Below are positions 1-8,451 of a DNA stretch of 39,169 nt, in pieces (the stretch's first letter is position 1; every line of letters starts with the position of its first letter). The DNA is from a virus. Its lineage: Duplodnaviria; Caudoviricetes. A model generated the notes under the pieces. That model saw nothing but the letters and a program-made list of their open reading frames with translations, was not told the DNA's origin and did not search any database. The stretch covers positions 1 to 39,169 of IMG/VR virus record IMGVR_UViG_3300037657_000283. One strand, written 5' to 3'. The position numbers were made by a program, and so were the translations under genes.

Positions 1-1086
1 TCACTTTGACATTTGCCATAATTTATCCTGCACATCATTAGCTTCAATGTCCACGTAAAAAGTCATCGTTGTCTTGATGTCGGCATGCCACATCAGGGTT
101 TTTAGCTCGGCTGGAGCAAGTTTTTTTGCCCATTCATTCCCGAAAGTCTTCCGGATAATGTGGGCGGTGACGTTGCACCCATTGACCTTTACACCGCTGG
201 CGATCCCGATTTCCCGAATGGTGTCTCCGATTGTGTCCGGATGATCAACCGGCATTTTGAAGACTTTCCCGTACCTGCTGGATTTTGGAAAAGTTTTTGT
301 CAGGAACTCAGCAAATTGAGGTGTGCAAGGGGCAACGCGATTTTGCTTTGCTTTGTCGACGGAGTGATCGACGATAAACGTGGGGCGTCCAGAATCAGGA
401 AAATTGATGTGTATGGGGTCTCGCTCGTCCCAGGAAAGATCCAATAGATTCTGAATCCTAAGGCCTGTGTGATAGATCCCATACAAAAAGTTTTTATACG
501 CTGTCGCCCGGCTCTTGTCAGTTTCGATCTTCGGAATTGCTTTGATCACCTGCTCAAATTGTTTTGGCGTGATTGATCTCCCTTTGCCCTTGTATCCTTT
601 TGGGAGTTGCAACGTGGGGAAATCTGGCAATTTGCTAATCAGCTTTGCGGATATACACCAGCGAAGAAATTTTCTCATATCTGCCATGCGACTGGATATC
701 GTGAAGATGGCCAGTTTTTTTTCGTGTTGTTTGTTTACCCATTCACTCAGATTTCTAAAGGTGATTTCGTCGAGTTTTTTCAGTTCAGGAAGATACGTTG
801 CGAATTGTTTTAGTGACACTTTGATGTGCTTTTTGGATTTTTCTCGAAGCAACGAAATTGCACTATAGTATTCTTCCTTTGCATCTTCGATTAGATATTC
901 ATCAACCGGTATTTCATCGCGATTCAACTGATATTCGTGTTTGCTGGCGACTTCTTTTGCATCGCCTTTGAGCTTCTTTTTTGTGGATAATCCTCGTGAT
1001 TTCCCATCATTGTCGCGCCATTCCATACGCCAATATGGAGTGCGAACAGGCTTCGATAGAGTCACCTTGATGTAGCGTTTTTTCAT
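1..1086 (-). CDS. int: Tyrosine recombinase / phage integrase
   Basis: Catalytic motifs HTGLR, HIIR (HxxR) and MWHADIKTTMTFY; N-terminal arm-binding-like segment (WRMEWRDNDGK). Confidence 0.93.
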   Translation of the reverse strand: MKKRYIKVTLSKPVRTPYWRMEWRDNDGKSRGLSTKKKLKGDAKEVASKHEYQLNRDEIPVDEYLIEDAKEEYYSAISLLREKSKKHIKVSLKQFATYLPELKKLDEITFRNLSEWVNKQHEKKLAIFTISSRMADMRKFLRWCISAKLISKLPDFPTLQLPKGYKGKGRSITPKQFEQVIKAIPKIETDKSRATAYKNFLYGIYHTGLRIQNLLDLSWDERDPIHINFPDSGRPTFIVDHSVDKAKQNRVAPCTPQFAEFLTKTFPKSSRYGKVFKMPVDHPDTIGDTIREIGIASGVKVNGCNVTAHIIRKTFGNEWAKKLAPAELKTLMWHADIKTTMTFYVDIEANDVQDKLWQMSK

Positions 1087-1412
1087 TTACTTTTGCCCTT
1101 TTTGGGTGGCTTCTTTGCAGCTTTATTTTTTTGAATCGAAGCAATTCGCTTTGAGTGATTCATTCTCTCGGTCATTTTTTCCATTCCATATTTCACATGC
1201 TCCTCATGTGCTTGAGGGATGCGGAATTTCCATTTCGTGATCGCATCAATCGTTTTTTCGTCCTCTAAAAGCCATTTCATTGGCAGGGCTTCTGCGTTTT
1301 TCTTTTCCATGTATTTCAATATTGGCTCAATCGCTCCCACTGTAGCGATCAGCTTGTTGTTCAATTCTTTCAGTAAAGCGAATGTAAGCAGGCCATTGCT
1401 TATATCATTCAT
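1083..1412 (-). CDS. Hypothetical protein with Lys-rich C-terminus, co-transcribed with integrase
   Basis: Stop overlaps the int start; GGAG SD upstream on the minus strand; no recognisable domain. Confidence 0.7.
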   Translation of the reverse strand: MNDISNGLLTFALLKELNNKLIATVGAIEPILKYMEKKNAEALPMKWLLEDEKTIDAITKWKFRIPQAHEEHVKYGMEKMTERMNHSKRIASIQKNKAAKKPPKKGKSK

Positions 1413-1445
1413 TTTTCAATCTCCATTGTTAAATTGCTTTGCAAA

Positions 1446-1633
1446 CTACATTTGTAATTTTTATATAATTTACAAACTGTTACACAGCAAGAAGATAAAG
1501 CAGAAGAAGTGTAATTGCGTGTGTAATTTTCTGTAAATTACATTGCATTTTATTGACTTTTACCTTTTTGCAATTAGGATGCTTTACGTCATCACGAGTG
1601 ACGAGAAGTTGCAATAGGACGCAATAAGTTACA
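1446..1633. promoter_or_regulatory. Divergent control region with repeated TGTAA/TTACA boxes
   Basis: TGTAA at 1453, 1510, 1522, 1532; TTACA at 1470, 1480, 1538, 1629; AT-rich; lies between divergent genes. Confidence 0.65.
1553..1580 (+). promoter_or_regulatory. Candidate sigma70 rightward early promoter
   Basis: TTGACT (1553-1558), 16 bp spacer, TAGGAT (1575-1580). Confidence 0.5.
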
Positions 1634-1673
1634 TTTATCGAAGATTTTGCCGAATGGCATAACTGGATTATTT

Positions 1674-1901
1674 ATGGCCACCAAAGAACGAAAAACCGTT
1701 GAACTCAAGCCGGGAAGTATAGTCAACTCAGAAAAGCTGGCAGAACTCCTCGGCTGCAACTCAACAAAGATCAGCGAAATGGTGATTGATGGATTACCAG
1801 TCGTTGACGGCGTGTTTGGTCGCGGGCGTCGGTTTTCAACCACAAAGGTTATCGAGTGGATGGAAGAACGAAGCATCTCAATTAAGGAAAGTGAATCATG
1901 A
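1674..1901 (+). CDS. Small winged-HTH DNA-binding protein (Nu1/Xis/MerR-like), paralog 1
   Basis: VNSEKLAELLG...GLP...RRFSTTKVIEW resembles the lambda Nu1 N-terminal wHTH; ATG at 1674 preferred to TTG at 1647. Confidence 0.75.
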   Translation: MATKERKTVELKPGSIVNSEKLAELLGCNSTKISEMVIDGLPVVDGVFGRGRRFSTTKVIEWMEERSISIKESES

Positions 1902-2134
1902 AAGCAAAATCTAAACCGCACGTTTTAGCACCTGGAATGGTCGTTGACGCTATCGCCTTGGCCGAAATGCTCGGTGTCAACCGGTCCCGCATCGGTCAGT
2001 ATGTCGCAGATGGCATGCCTCACAACATTGAGGATGGCGCTACAAGAGGTCGCAGGTTTTCCACAACCGCTGTCATTGAGTGGTTCACCAAGCGGTCGAA
2101 ATCAAACAAAAAACCAAACAAAAAAGTCAGCTGA
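1898..2134 (+). CDS. Small winged-HTH DNA-binding protein (Nu1/Xis/MerR-like), paralog 2
   Basis: LAEMLGVNRSRIGQYVADGMP...RGRRFSTTAVIEW; ATGA overlap with paralog 1. Confidence 0.8.
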   Translation: MKAKSKPHVLAPGMVVDAIALAEMLGVNRSRIGQYVADGMPHNIEDGATRGRRFSTTAVIEWFTKRSKSNKKPNKKVS

Positions 2135-2230
2135 ATCTCATGCCCCGGTTGGAGCCTTGAAGGGGTTTTGGAGTGGCGACACATGCCAGTGAGAATGTTG
2201 TGTAACAGTCGGGAGAGACCGGCATTTTGA

Positions 2231-2303
2231 CGCGGGGTAGAGCAGATGGTAGCTCGCAAGGTTCATATCCTTGAGGTCGCAGGTTCAAGTCCTGTCCCCG
2301 CTA
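2231..2303 (+). tRNA. tRNA-Met(CAT), initiator (fMet)-like
   Basis: Full cloverleaf: CGCGGGG acceptor with unpaired C1/U72, anticodon arm CAAGG-TTCATAT-CCTTG, T-loop TTCAAGT; CCA not encoded. Confidence 0.92.
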
Positions 2304-2312
2304 TTTCAATTG

Positions 2313-2387
2313 TGAATCGGTCGTCTAAACGGTAGGACAATAACCCTGTGTGGTTATAAATGCAGGTTCGATCCCTGCACGATTCAA
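2313..2387 (+). ncRNA. tRNA-like element (His/GTG-like) with aberrant anticodon loop
   Basis: Acceptor TGAATCG/CGATTCA, D-arm GTCT..GGAC, T-arm GCAGG-TTCGATC-CCTGC; anticodon arm ATAACC-CTGTGT-GGTTAT gives a 6 nt (or 8 nt) loop, not 7. Confidence 0.75.
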
Positions 2388-2388
2388 T

Positions 2389-2457
2389 CATCTTCCCACG
2401 GGCGAAAATGTAAAAACCGACGACCGTAAAAGCAGGATGCCGGGAAGATGTTTTTTT
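2389..2457 (+). ncRNA. Structured leader or branched terminator-like element upstream of csrA-like gene
   Basis: 9 bp closing stem CATCTTCCC/GGGAAGATG enclosing ACGG/CCGT and GCA-GGA-TGC hairpins, followed by T7. Confidence 0.55.
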
Positions 2458-2487
2458 GATTATCCCCACAAAAAAGGACACAACGGA

Positions 2488-2703
2488 ATGTATCTGACAT
2501 TAACTCGCAAGCCATCTGAAATGGTCGATGTGTACGAAATTTTGAACGAAGAAACACCTTCTGGAATCATTAAGGTGTTGCGTCATGTGATGACAGTCAA
2601 AACAAGAGACCGTACACGCATCATGATCAACGCAGGCCAGAAGTTCAAAATTCTGCGACGGGAAACAAGTATCAAAATGGGCCTGTCGTTCCCGGAAGAA
2701 TGA
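2488..2703 (+). CDS. csrA: CsrA/RsmA-like carbon storage regulator (divergent)
   Basis: MYLTLTRKPSE...TRIMINAGQKFKILRRE matches the CsrA pattern ML.L.RK..E...RI.I.AP....LR.E; AAGGA upstream; ATG at 2488. Confidence 0.7.
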   Translation: MYLTLTRKPSEMVDVYEILNEETPSGIIKVLRHVMTVKTRDRTRIMINAGQKFKILRRETSIKMGLSFPEE

Positions 2704-2775
2704 TCAACTTTTCTAATCCCCATATCTCCACTTCCCCACTTCTCCACACACTCCCAACGAAAGCAAATCCCCACA

Positions 2776-3585
2776 ATGAGCAATGAATTTTTCTTTGATC
2801 TTGAAACGGTCCCTGACCATGAACGGCTGGAATCGTTCGGGCTGGAGCCACTGCCAACATTACCACCGATCACACCTGATGATCAGCTGCCAAACGCCGA
2901 TGAAATCACAGGGAACAGCATTCCTGCACTGGAATCAATGCTTGCTGGAAAACGTCCTTCAGATGCCTGGCTGAACGCCGCTGAAGCAATTGACAAAGCG
3001 AAAAAAACTCGCAAGGGATTCGTTGATTTGTTGAACTCTGTGCGTGACATGATTTCAAGGATCGGATCAGCATCAGAAGAACGACGCAAACTGTTGTCGA
3101 CTGTCCCTGAGTTTTGCCGTCTCGCAGCTATGGGAGTGGCCGTTGGAAGTCATGACGTTATCCCATTCGTCCGCAACGAATCGCAGATGATCAAAGAAGA
3201 AACAATGCTTGAATTGTTTTGGGATTACGTCACCGAAACAAATTGCATCATCGGGTTCAACATCATTCATTTTGACTTGCCGGTGATCTATGCACGATCC
3301 ATTTTGCTGGACGTACCACCAAGCAAAAAGCTGAACCCGAAGTCATGGACTGATGACGTGATCGATCTTTACCAGCGTCGATTCCCGCGCGGGCAAGGCA
3401 AGGGACCGGCCAAGCTGAAAGACCTCGCGAAAGTCTACGGAATCAAAGTTCCGGCGGGTGACGTTGAGGGGTCACAGGTTGAGCAATTGTACAAGGAAAA
3501 CCCGGTAAAACTGGGTGAGTACGTTGCATCTGATGTTGAGATTACACGGCAACTGTACCGCAAATTCAACGGCTTTTTCTGCTGA
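2776..3585 (+). CDS. DEDD-type 3'-5' exonuclease (PolB exonuclease-like, stand-alone)
   Basis: ExoI FDLET, ExoII GFNIIHFD, ExoIII YVASDV. Confidence 0.85.
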   Translation: MSNEFFFDLETVPDHERLESFGLEPLPTLPPITPDDQLPNADEITGNSIPALESMLAGKRPSDAWLNAAEAIDKAKKTRKGFVDLLNSVRDMISRIGSASEERRKLLSTVPEFCRLAAMGVAVGSHDVIPFVRNESQMIKEETMLELFWDYVTETNCIIGFNIIHFDLPVIYARSILLDVPPSKKLNPKSWTDDVIDLYQRRFPRGQGKGPAKLKDLAKVYGIKVPAGDVEGSQVEQLYKENPVKLGEYVASDVEITRQLYRKFNGFFC

Positions 3586-3663
3586 TTTTCTGCTGACCTG
3601 TAAAAAATTTTTGCCTGTTATGGCTACTGACCACAATTCCATATCTTATCTAAAAGGTGCTAT

Positions 3664-4656
3664 ATGTCTGACATTGAAAACATCAGAGTGACCGACACTC
3701 GCGGAATGACGGCAAGCGTTGCAAAAGACATTGCCAAAGACTGGGCTGAAGCAATCCATAAATCGTGCATGTTCAAGACTGGCAACGTGCAACAGGCATT
3801 GTTGATCGCCTGGGATTGCCTTTATCGCAGCATGCCACCTCTGCAATGGCGACAACGGTATCAGTTGATCCAAGGCGTGATCACGATGAAAGCGGAATCG
3901 ATGCTTGCTATCTACTTCAAGAGTGGCGGCAAGGTGAAGTGGATCAACCAGGGCGATGAAGGTGATGTTGCTGAAGCTGAGTTTGAACTTTCTGGTAACA
4001 CTCAGACCGTGAAATTTTCAATTGAAGACGCCAAGAAAGCGGATCTGATTAAAAAGGATTCGGCTTGGCTTAAAAATCCCGGTTCGATGTTGCGGGCTAG
4101 AATGATTTCAAAAGCAATGCGGATGCTCGCACCTCACCTGATTGATGGTGCGTATGTGCCAGAGGAAGCGATGACGTTTGATCATGAACCAAGCGTTATC
4201 GGCATGCCTGACACGATTGATGCGACCACAGAGACCACACAGAAGACGATTGAACGTCTGGTGGCAGAGCCTGAATCAGAGCAAGTCGAAGAATCTGAAG
4301 CCTCAACAGATGCTTTTGGTGACGTGGTTGAGAAACCTGCTGAAACCATCACACCGCAACAAGTCACGCTGATTAAAGAGCTGATCAGTAAGGCTGGTAC
4401 ACCAAAAGAAAAAATGCGGAACTGGATGGAACAACGTGGCTTCAAGAAACTCGCGGAACTCACTGGTGTCGTTGCATTGGAAATGATTGCAACGCTGGAA
4501 AAGAAGATTGCGAAGTTAGCAGCTGAGCAAACTGCGACTGATCAATCCGCAACGGAATCAGTCGAGCAAACCCCTGCCGACAAAGCAACGCAGGAACTCA
4601 ACGAGTGGTCTGGTCGTGTGCTGGGGGAGCAGGACGAAACTGGCCAGAGCGCATAG
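3664..4656 (+). CDS. RecT-like single-strand annealing protein
   Basis: FSIEDAKKADL..W.KNP.SMLRAR.ISKAMR motif; acidic linker; follows an exonuclease. Confidence 0.75.
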   Translation: MSDIENIRVTDTRGMTASVAKDIAKDWAEAIHKSCMFKTGNVQQALLIAWDCLYRSMPPLQWRQRYQLIQGVITMKAESMLAIYFKSGGKVKWINQGDEGDVAEAEFELSGNTQTVKFSIEDAKKADLIKKDSAWLKNPGSMLRARMISKAMRMLAPHLIDGAYVPEEAMTFDHEPSVIGMPDTIDATTETTQKTIERLVAEPESEQVEESEASTDAFGDVVEKPAETITPQQVTLIKELISKAGTPKEKMRNWMEQRGFKKLAELTGVVALEMIATLEKKIAKLAAEQTATDQSATESVEQTPADKATQELNEWSGRVLGEQDETGQSA

Positions 4657-4793
4657 AACACCTGGTTGAAAAATACGGTTCAAACACTGTTTACATTCGG
4701 GGCCTGAAGGCTCTTGGATATCCACCAACCTGGAGTGATACAACTCCAGAATTTTTGACACTTCAACAAACTTTAGAAAAGGTACGAAAATGA
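4605..4793 (+). CDS. Possible small hypothetical protein
   Basis: Fills the gap between genes and its stop overlaps the next ATG (ATGA); start codon uncertain. Confidence 0.35.
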   Translation: MVWSCAGGAGRNWPERIEHLVEKYGSNTVYIRGLKALGYPPTWSDTTPEFLTLQQTLEKVRK

Positions 4794-5530
4794 GCGACTT
4801 CCCAACACAACAAGAGATCGACGCGATTTTGCAGGAAAACGGCTTGGATACGGGCTTCGATCTTGATGGCGTCGATGACACCAAAATTGGCTCTGACATC
4901 TTGGTCGATCAATCTGGCAAATATCACATGGAGGTTGAATCTGTTGCGGTGCGAGCAAAGACAGTGAGCGATAAAGGCGATGCTATCGCACCGTTCCTGA
5001 ATCTTAAGTGTCGCGTGATGCACTCCACAAAAGGCCAATCGCAAGAGGGATGCGTTTACTGGCATCGCTTGATCATTGGCGGCAAGGGTGGCAACGCTCC
5101 AGAAGAGTGGATGCGTAACGCGACGGTGAATTTCCTGTACGGTATCGGCTTGCTCAAAAAGCAAGGCGAGAAATTCATTGATCCAGAAACAGGTTCACAA
5201 CGCATCAATATTTCGTCTCTGCCTGAGCGTCTGACCGGCTGGAACTTCATCGCTGACCTGAAACCGCAACGCAATCGTGAAAACGAATTAACCGGCCAGA
5301 TGGAACTCCCATTCGGTAAGGGTGCGTTTGCAATCGATTCCGACAAGGTCGCGAGCGTCATGAAAAATGAAAACGCAGCAAAACTGTTTCTGGGGAATCG
5401 TGGGAAGCAAGAAAAGAAAGCGGCCAAGGCTACTGCTGAAACCGCTACTACTACCGCTACCACAAAGGCTAAATCTGCCAAGCCTGCCCCTGCCCCGCAA
5501 CCATCAGCTGATGACATGGACGATCTGTGA
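4790..5530 (+). CDS. Probable phage single-stranded DNA-binding protein (DUF669-like)
   Basis: Beta-rich core (GKYHMEVESV), Ala/Thr/Pro linker, acidic tail ADDMDDL; position in recombination module. Confidence 0.6.
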   Translation: MSDFPTQQEIDAILQENGLDTGFDLDGVDDTKIGSDILVDQSGKYHMEVESVAVRAKTVSDKGDAIAPFLNLKCRVMHSTKGQSQEGCVYWHRLIIGGKGGNAPEEWMRNATVNFLYGIGLLKKQGEKFIDPETGSQRINISSLPERLTGWNFIADLKPQRNRENELTGQMELPFGKGAFAIDSDKVASVMKNENAAKLFLGNRGKQEKKAAKATAETATTTATTKAKSAKPAPAPQPSADDMDDL

Positions 5531-5661
5531 TCATTGTCGATGTCATTGCTGGTGTTTTTGACCTGTCGCGCATTGGATGTGCGGGCTGATAGTCAGCAGT
5601 CGTTGCGGTGAGCAACACAGGTCTTTGTTTCCTTCTCTACATTTCAAAGAATCTCGCAGTC

Positions 5662-8082
5662 ATGCACACACTCACACGCAAGAACTTAAAGCCTTCGCTG
5701 ATCACCATCACAGGTGAGTTCTTGCGCATCTTCCGCTCGTTTGAAGATGGTGAGCCAGACACAGACAGTTATTCTCGTACTGTCATTGGGACCATGAAAC
5801 CGAAGGAATGGCCAGTTGGATTAGACCCAACTTTCAACGGCGAATTGACAGTTAAGGGCCGTGATGATGATTGCATGCTTGTCCCTGGCATGCCCTATAA
5901 ATTCGTCGGCAAATGGACCGACTACCGAGGCCAGAAACAGTTCACGTGGGATGCTTACATCCAATCAGAGCCACTTTCCCGCATTGGCACAGTGACCTAT
6001 CTTCGCAAGTATTGCCCTGGTGTCGGTAACACAATCGCATCTCGCATGTGGGACATTTACGGACCAGACGCAACGATGATTCTCCGGACTGATCCTGTCC
6101 GAGTGGCCAACGAAATCAAGGGCTTGAAACTTGTAGACGCAAAAGAATCTGCTTGTGCATTAACAATCCTGCAACGTGATGAAGAGGTTCGGATCGAGTT
6201 ATACACATTGTTCGACGGTCGCGGGTTCACTGCCCAGATGATCGAAAAGTGTATTGAAAAATATGGTGCATTGGCTGCGACTCGCATCAAGCGTGACCCG
6301 TTTTGCTTACTGGTGGACCGTATGCCAAGTGCAGGTTTTGCCCGATGCGATGCTCTTTATCAGAGCCTAGGGTTATCGCCAACGAAATTGAAACGTGCGA
6401 TGCTTTACGCATGGTACATGATCGACAAAGACACCAACGGCCACACGTGGTTTTCACGTCAACAAGTGTTCGTGATGATGCGGCAAAACGTTGGCGGGAT
6501 GTCACAAACGAGGCTTGAAAAGGCGATTAAACTTGGAATCCGGTCCGGCTGGCTGATTGAGCATGTTGACGAATCCGGCAAAACCTGGATCACGAAGGAT
6601 GAGTACGGACGCCAAGAAAAAATGCTTGCGGAGTTCGTGGTCGACAAATTGAGCAATACCGAAAAAACACTATGGCCGGACGTTGCAGATATCGAGGGGA
6701 TATCGGATCACCAGCGCGAGCAATTGGCACTCGCAACGTCATCACGATTCGGCTTATTACTCGGGACACCTGGGACCGGCAAGACATATACAACAGCCTT
6801 ATTGATTAAAGCTATCTGTGATAAACACGGTAGTGATAACGTGCAGATCATGGCACCGACTGGCAAAGCTGCTGTGAGGCTGTCAGAAAACATCCAGAAA
6901 CATAGCGTTTCAATTGATGTCACGACTGTCCATTCCGCATTGCAGATCGGACGAAATGGGCACGATGGAAATGGCTGGGGCTTCCGGAAAAACGAAGTCG
7001 ACAAGCTCACAGCGAGTTACATTTTCGTTGATGAAGTGTCCATGCTTGATTGTGACGTTGCCGCTTGTCTCGCGTCAGCAATCACCTTGAATGCTCATGT
7101 GCTGTTTATTGGCGATCCTTACCAGCTCACGTCAGTTGGACATGGTGCTGTACTGCGAGATTTAATAGATGCTGGTGTGCCACGTGGTTTGCTCACTGAG
7201 ATTCGACGGAATTCAGGCCGGATCGTTGAAGTTTGTCGCGACATCAAGGACGGCAAGGCTTACGTTCCATGTCGTCGAATCCGGATCGATAAGGGTGAGA
7301 ATATTTATCACTTCAATACACGTACTGAGATTGAATCGCGTGATGTTATTCGACGAATTTTGAAGACTGCCCCGAATGGAATTAATCCTGTCTGGGACGT
7401 GCAAGTGATCGTTGGCGTTAACGAAACTGGGGATTTGTCACGTTGCGAGATGAACATCTATCTGCAACGGATTCTGAACCCTAACGGTGAAGCTATCGAG
7501 GGTTGCAAGTTCCGCATGCACGATAAGGTTATTCGAGTTTCGCAGAACACTTACATGCCAATTTTTGACCCTCATGCATTGTGTCCAAAATGCATGTTGC
7601 CAACTCACGGTGATGGTCATTGCCGTGATACGAGATGCAAGGCGTTGGTTCCGCATGAGGAATCAAAAGTCGCTAACGGTGAAATTGGAAAAGTTGTCGC
7701 GTCGAATCCTGGTAAATGGATCGCGGTCGAAATCGATTCACCGAAAAGAACGGTTCGCGTTGACTTCCAGACCTCAAAAAAAGGCGATGGTTCGATATCG
7801 CATTTCGATCTTGGCTACGCGATCACCTGCCATAAGGCACAGGGTTCACAGGCTCCTGTGATCATCGTACCGACTGACGACAGAGCAAACATGGTAGCTA
7901 CTCGCGAGTGGCATTACACAGCGTTCTCGCGGGCTACGGTGTTGTGTTTGACAGTGGGGAAGATTGGCACTGTGAATAAGCAGATTAAACGGGTTGGATT
8001 GCGAGACCGGAAGACGTTTTTGAGTGAGCAAGTTAAACAACTGCTTTTGGTCGCGAAAAATAATGAATGTGAGGTTGTGTGA
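5662..8082 (+). CDS. recD2: RecD2-like SF1B helicase
   Basis: Walker A GTPGTGKT, APTGKAA, DEVSM, IGDPYQL, GYAITCHKAQGSQ, YTAFSRA; N-terminal HhH (PGVG); ATG 5662 preferred to GTG 5608. Confidence 0.92.
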   Translation: MHTLTRKNLKPSLITITGEFLRIFRSFEDGEPDTDSYSRTVIGTMKPKEWPVGLDPTFNGELTVKGRDDDCMLVPGMPYKFVGKWTDYRGQKQFTWDAYIQSEPLSRIGTVTYLRKYCPGVGNTIASRMWDIYGPDATMILRTDPVRVANEIKGLKLVDAKESACALTILQRDEEVRIELYTLFDGRGFTAQMIEKCIEKYGALAATRIKRDPFCLLVDRMPSAGFARCDALYQSLGLSPTKLKRAMLYAWYMIDKDTNGHTWFSRQQVFVMMRQNVGGMSQTRLEKAIKLGIRSGWLIEHVDESGKTWITKDEYGRQEKMLAEFVVDKLSNTEKTLWPDVADIEGISDHQREQLALATSSRFGLLLGTPGTGKTYTTALLIKAICDKHGSDNVQIMAPTGKAAVRLSENIQKHSVSIDVTTVHSALQIGRNGHDGNGWGFRKNEVDKLTASYIFVDEVSMLDCDVAACLASAITLNAHVLFIGDPYQLTSVGHGAVLRDLIDAGVPRGLLTEIRRNSGRIVEVCRDIKDGKAYVPCRRIRIDKGENIYHFNTRTEIESRDVIRRILKTAPNGINPVWDVQVIVGVNETGDLSRCEMNIYLQRILNPNGEAIEGCKFRMHDKVIRVSQNTYMPIFDPHALCPKCMLPTHGDGHCRDTRCKALVPHEESKVANGEIGKVVASNPGKWIAVEIDSPKRTVRVDFQTSKKGDGSISHFDLGYAITCHKAQGSQAPVIIVPTDDRANMVATREWHYTAFSRATVLCLTVGKIGTVNKQIKRVGLRDRKTFLSEQVKQLLLVAKNNECEVV

Positions 8083-8450
8083 TGCCTGATGCAGCTTGCT
8101 CAAAGATGACACAAAAAGAACTACTTGAAATCATCCAATTAGGAATCGTCTCGGTCGACTTGCAAACTGGAAATGTCATTAAAAATGGTCATATCCTAAA
8201 AAATTTCTGCTTCCCAGGAAAAAACTTTGATCGTCCATTAGTTCGTATTTATCACTGTGCAAAATTGATTCGCATCTTGGTACATCAAATCGTTTGGATT
8301 GCTGGGACAGGAAGAGAAATACCACCTGGGTTTGAAATCCATCACATGGATGAAGACCCAACAAACAATAAATTTGAAAACCTTATTTGCGTGAGTCGTG
8401 CGGACCACATGAAGTTACACGGCATGCTTATTGATGACGGGAGTTTTTGA
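8079..8450 (+). CDS. HNH endonuclease
   Basis: VHQIVW...EIHHMDEDPTNNKFENLICVSRADH, phage HNH pattern. Confidence 0.88.
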   Translation: MMPDAACSKMTQKELLEIIQLGIVSVDLQTGNVIKNGHILKNFCFPGKNFDRPLVRIYHCAKLIRILVHQIVWIAGTGREIPPGFEIHHMDEDPTNNKFENLICVSRADHMKLHGMLIDDGSF

Positions 8451-8451
8451 A

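Noticed and set aside
1-60. attL/attR core or terminal repeats
   Set aside because: The window begins and ends exactly at stop codons; flanks are not included and I saw no end-to-end repeat
4618-4632. G-run (CTG GGG GAG) as a -1 frameshift joining RecT to the 4605-4793 frame
   Set aside because: Not a valid X XXY YYZ heptamer; no further support
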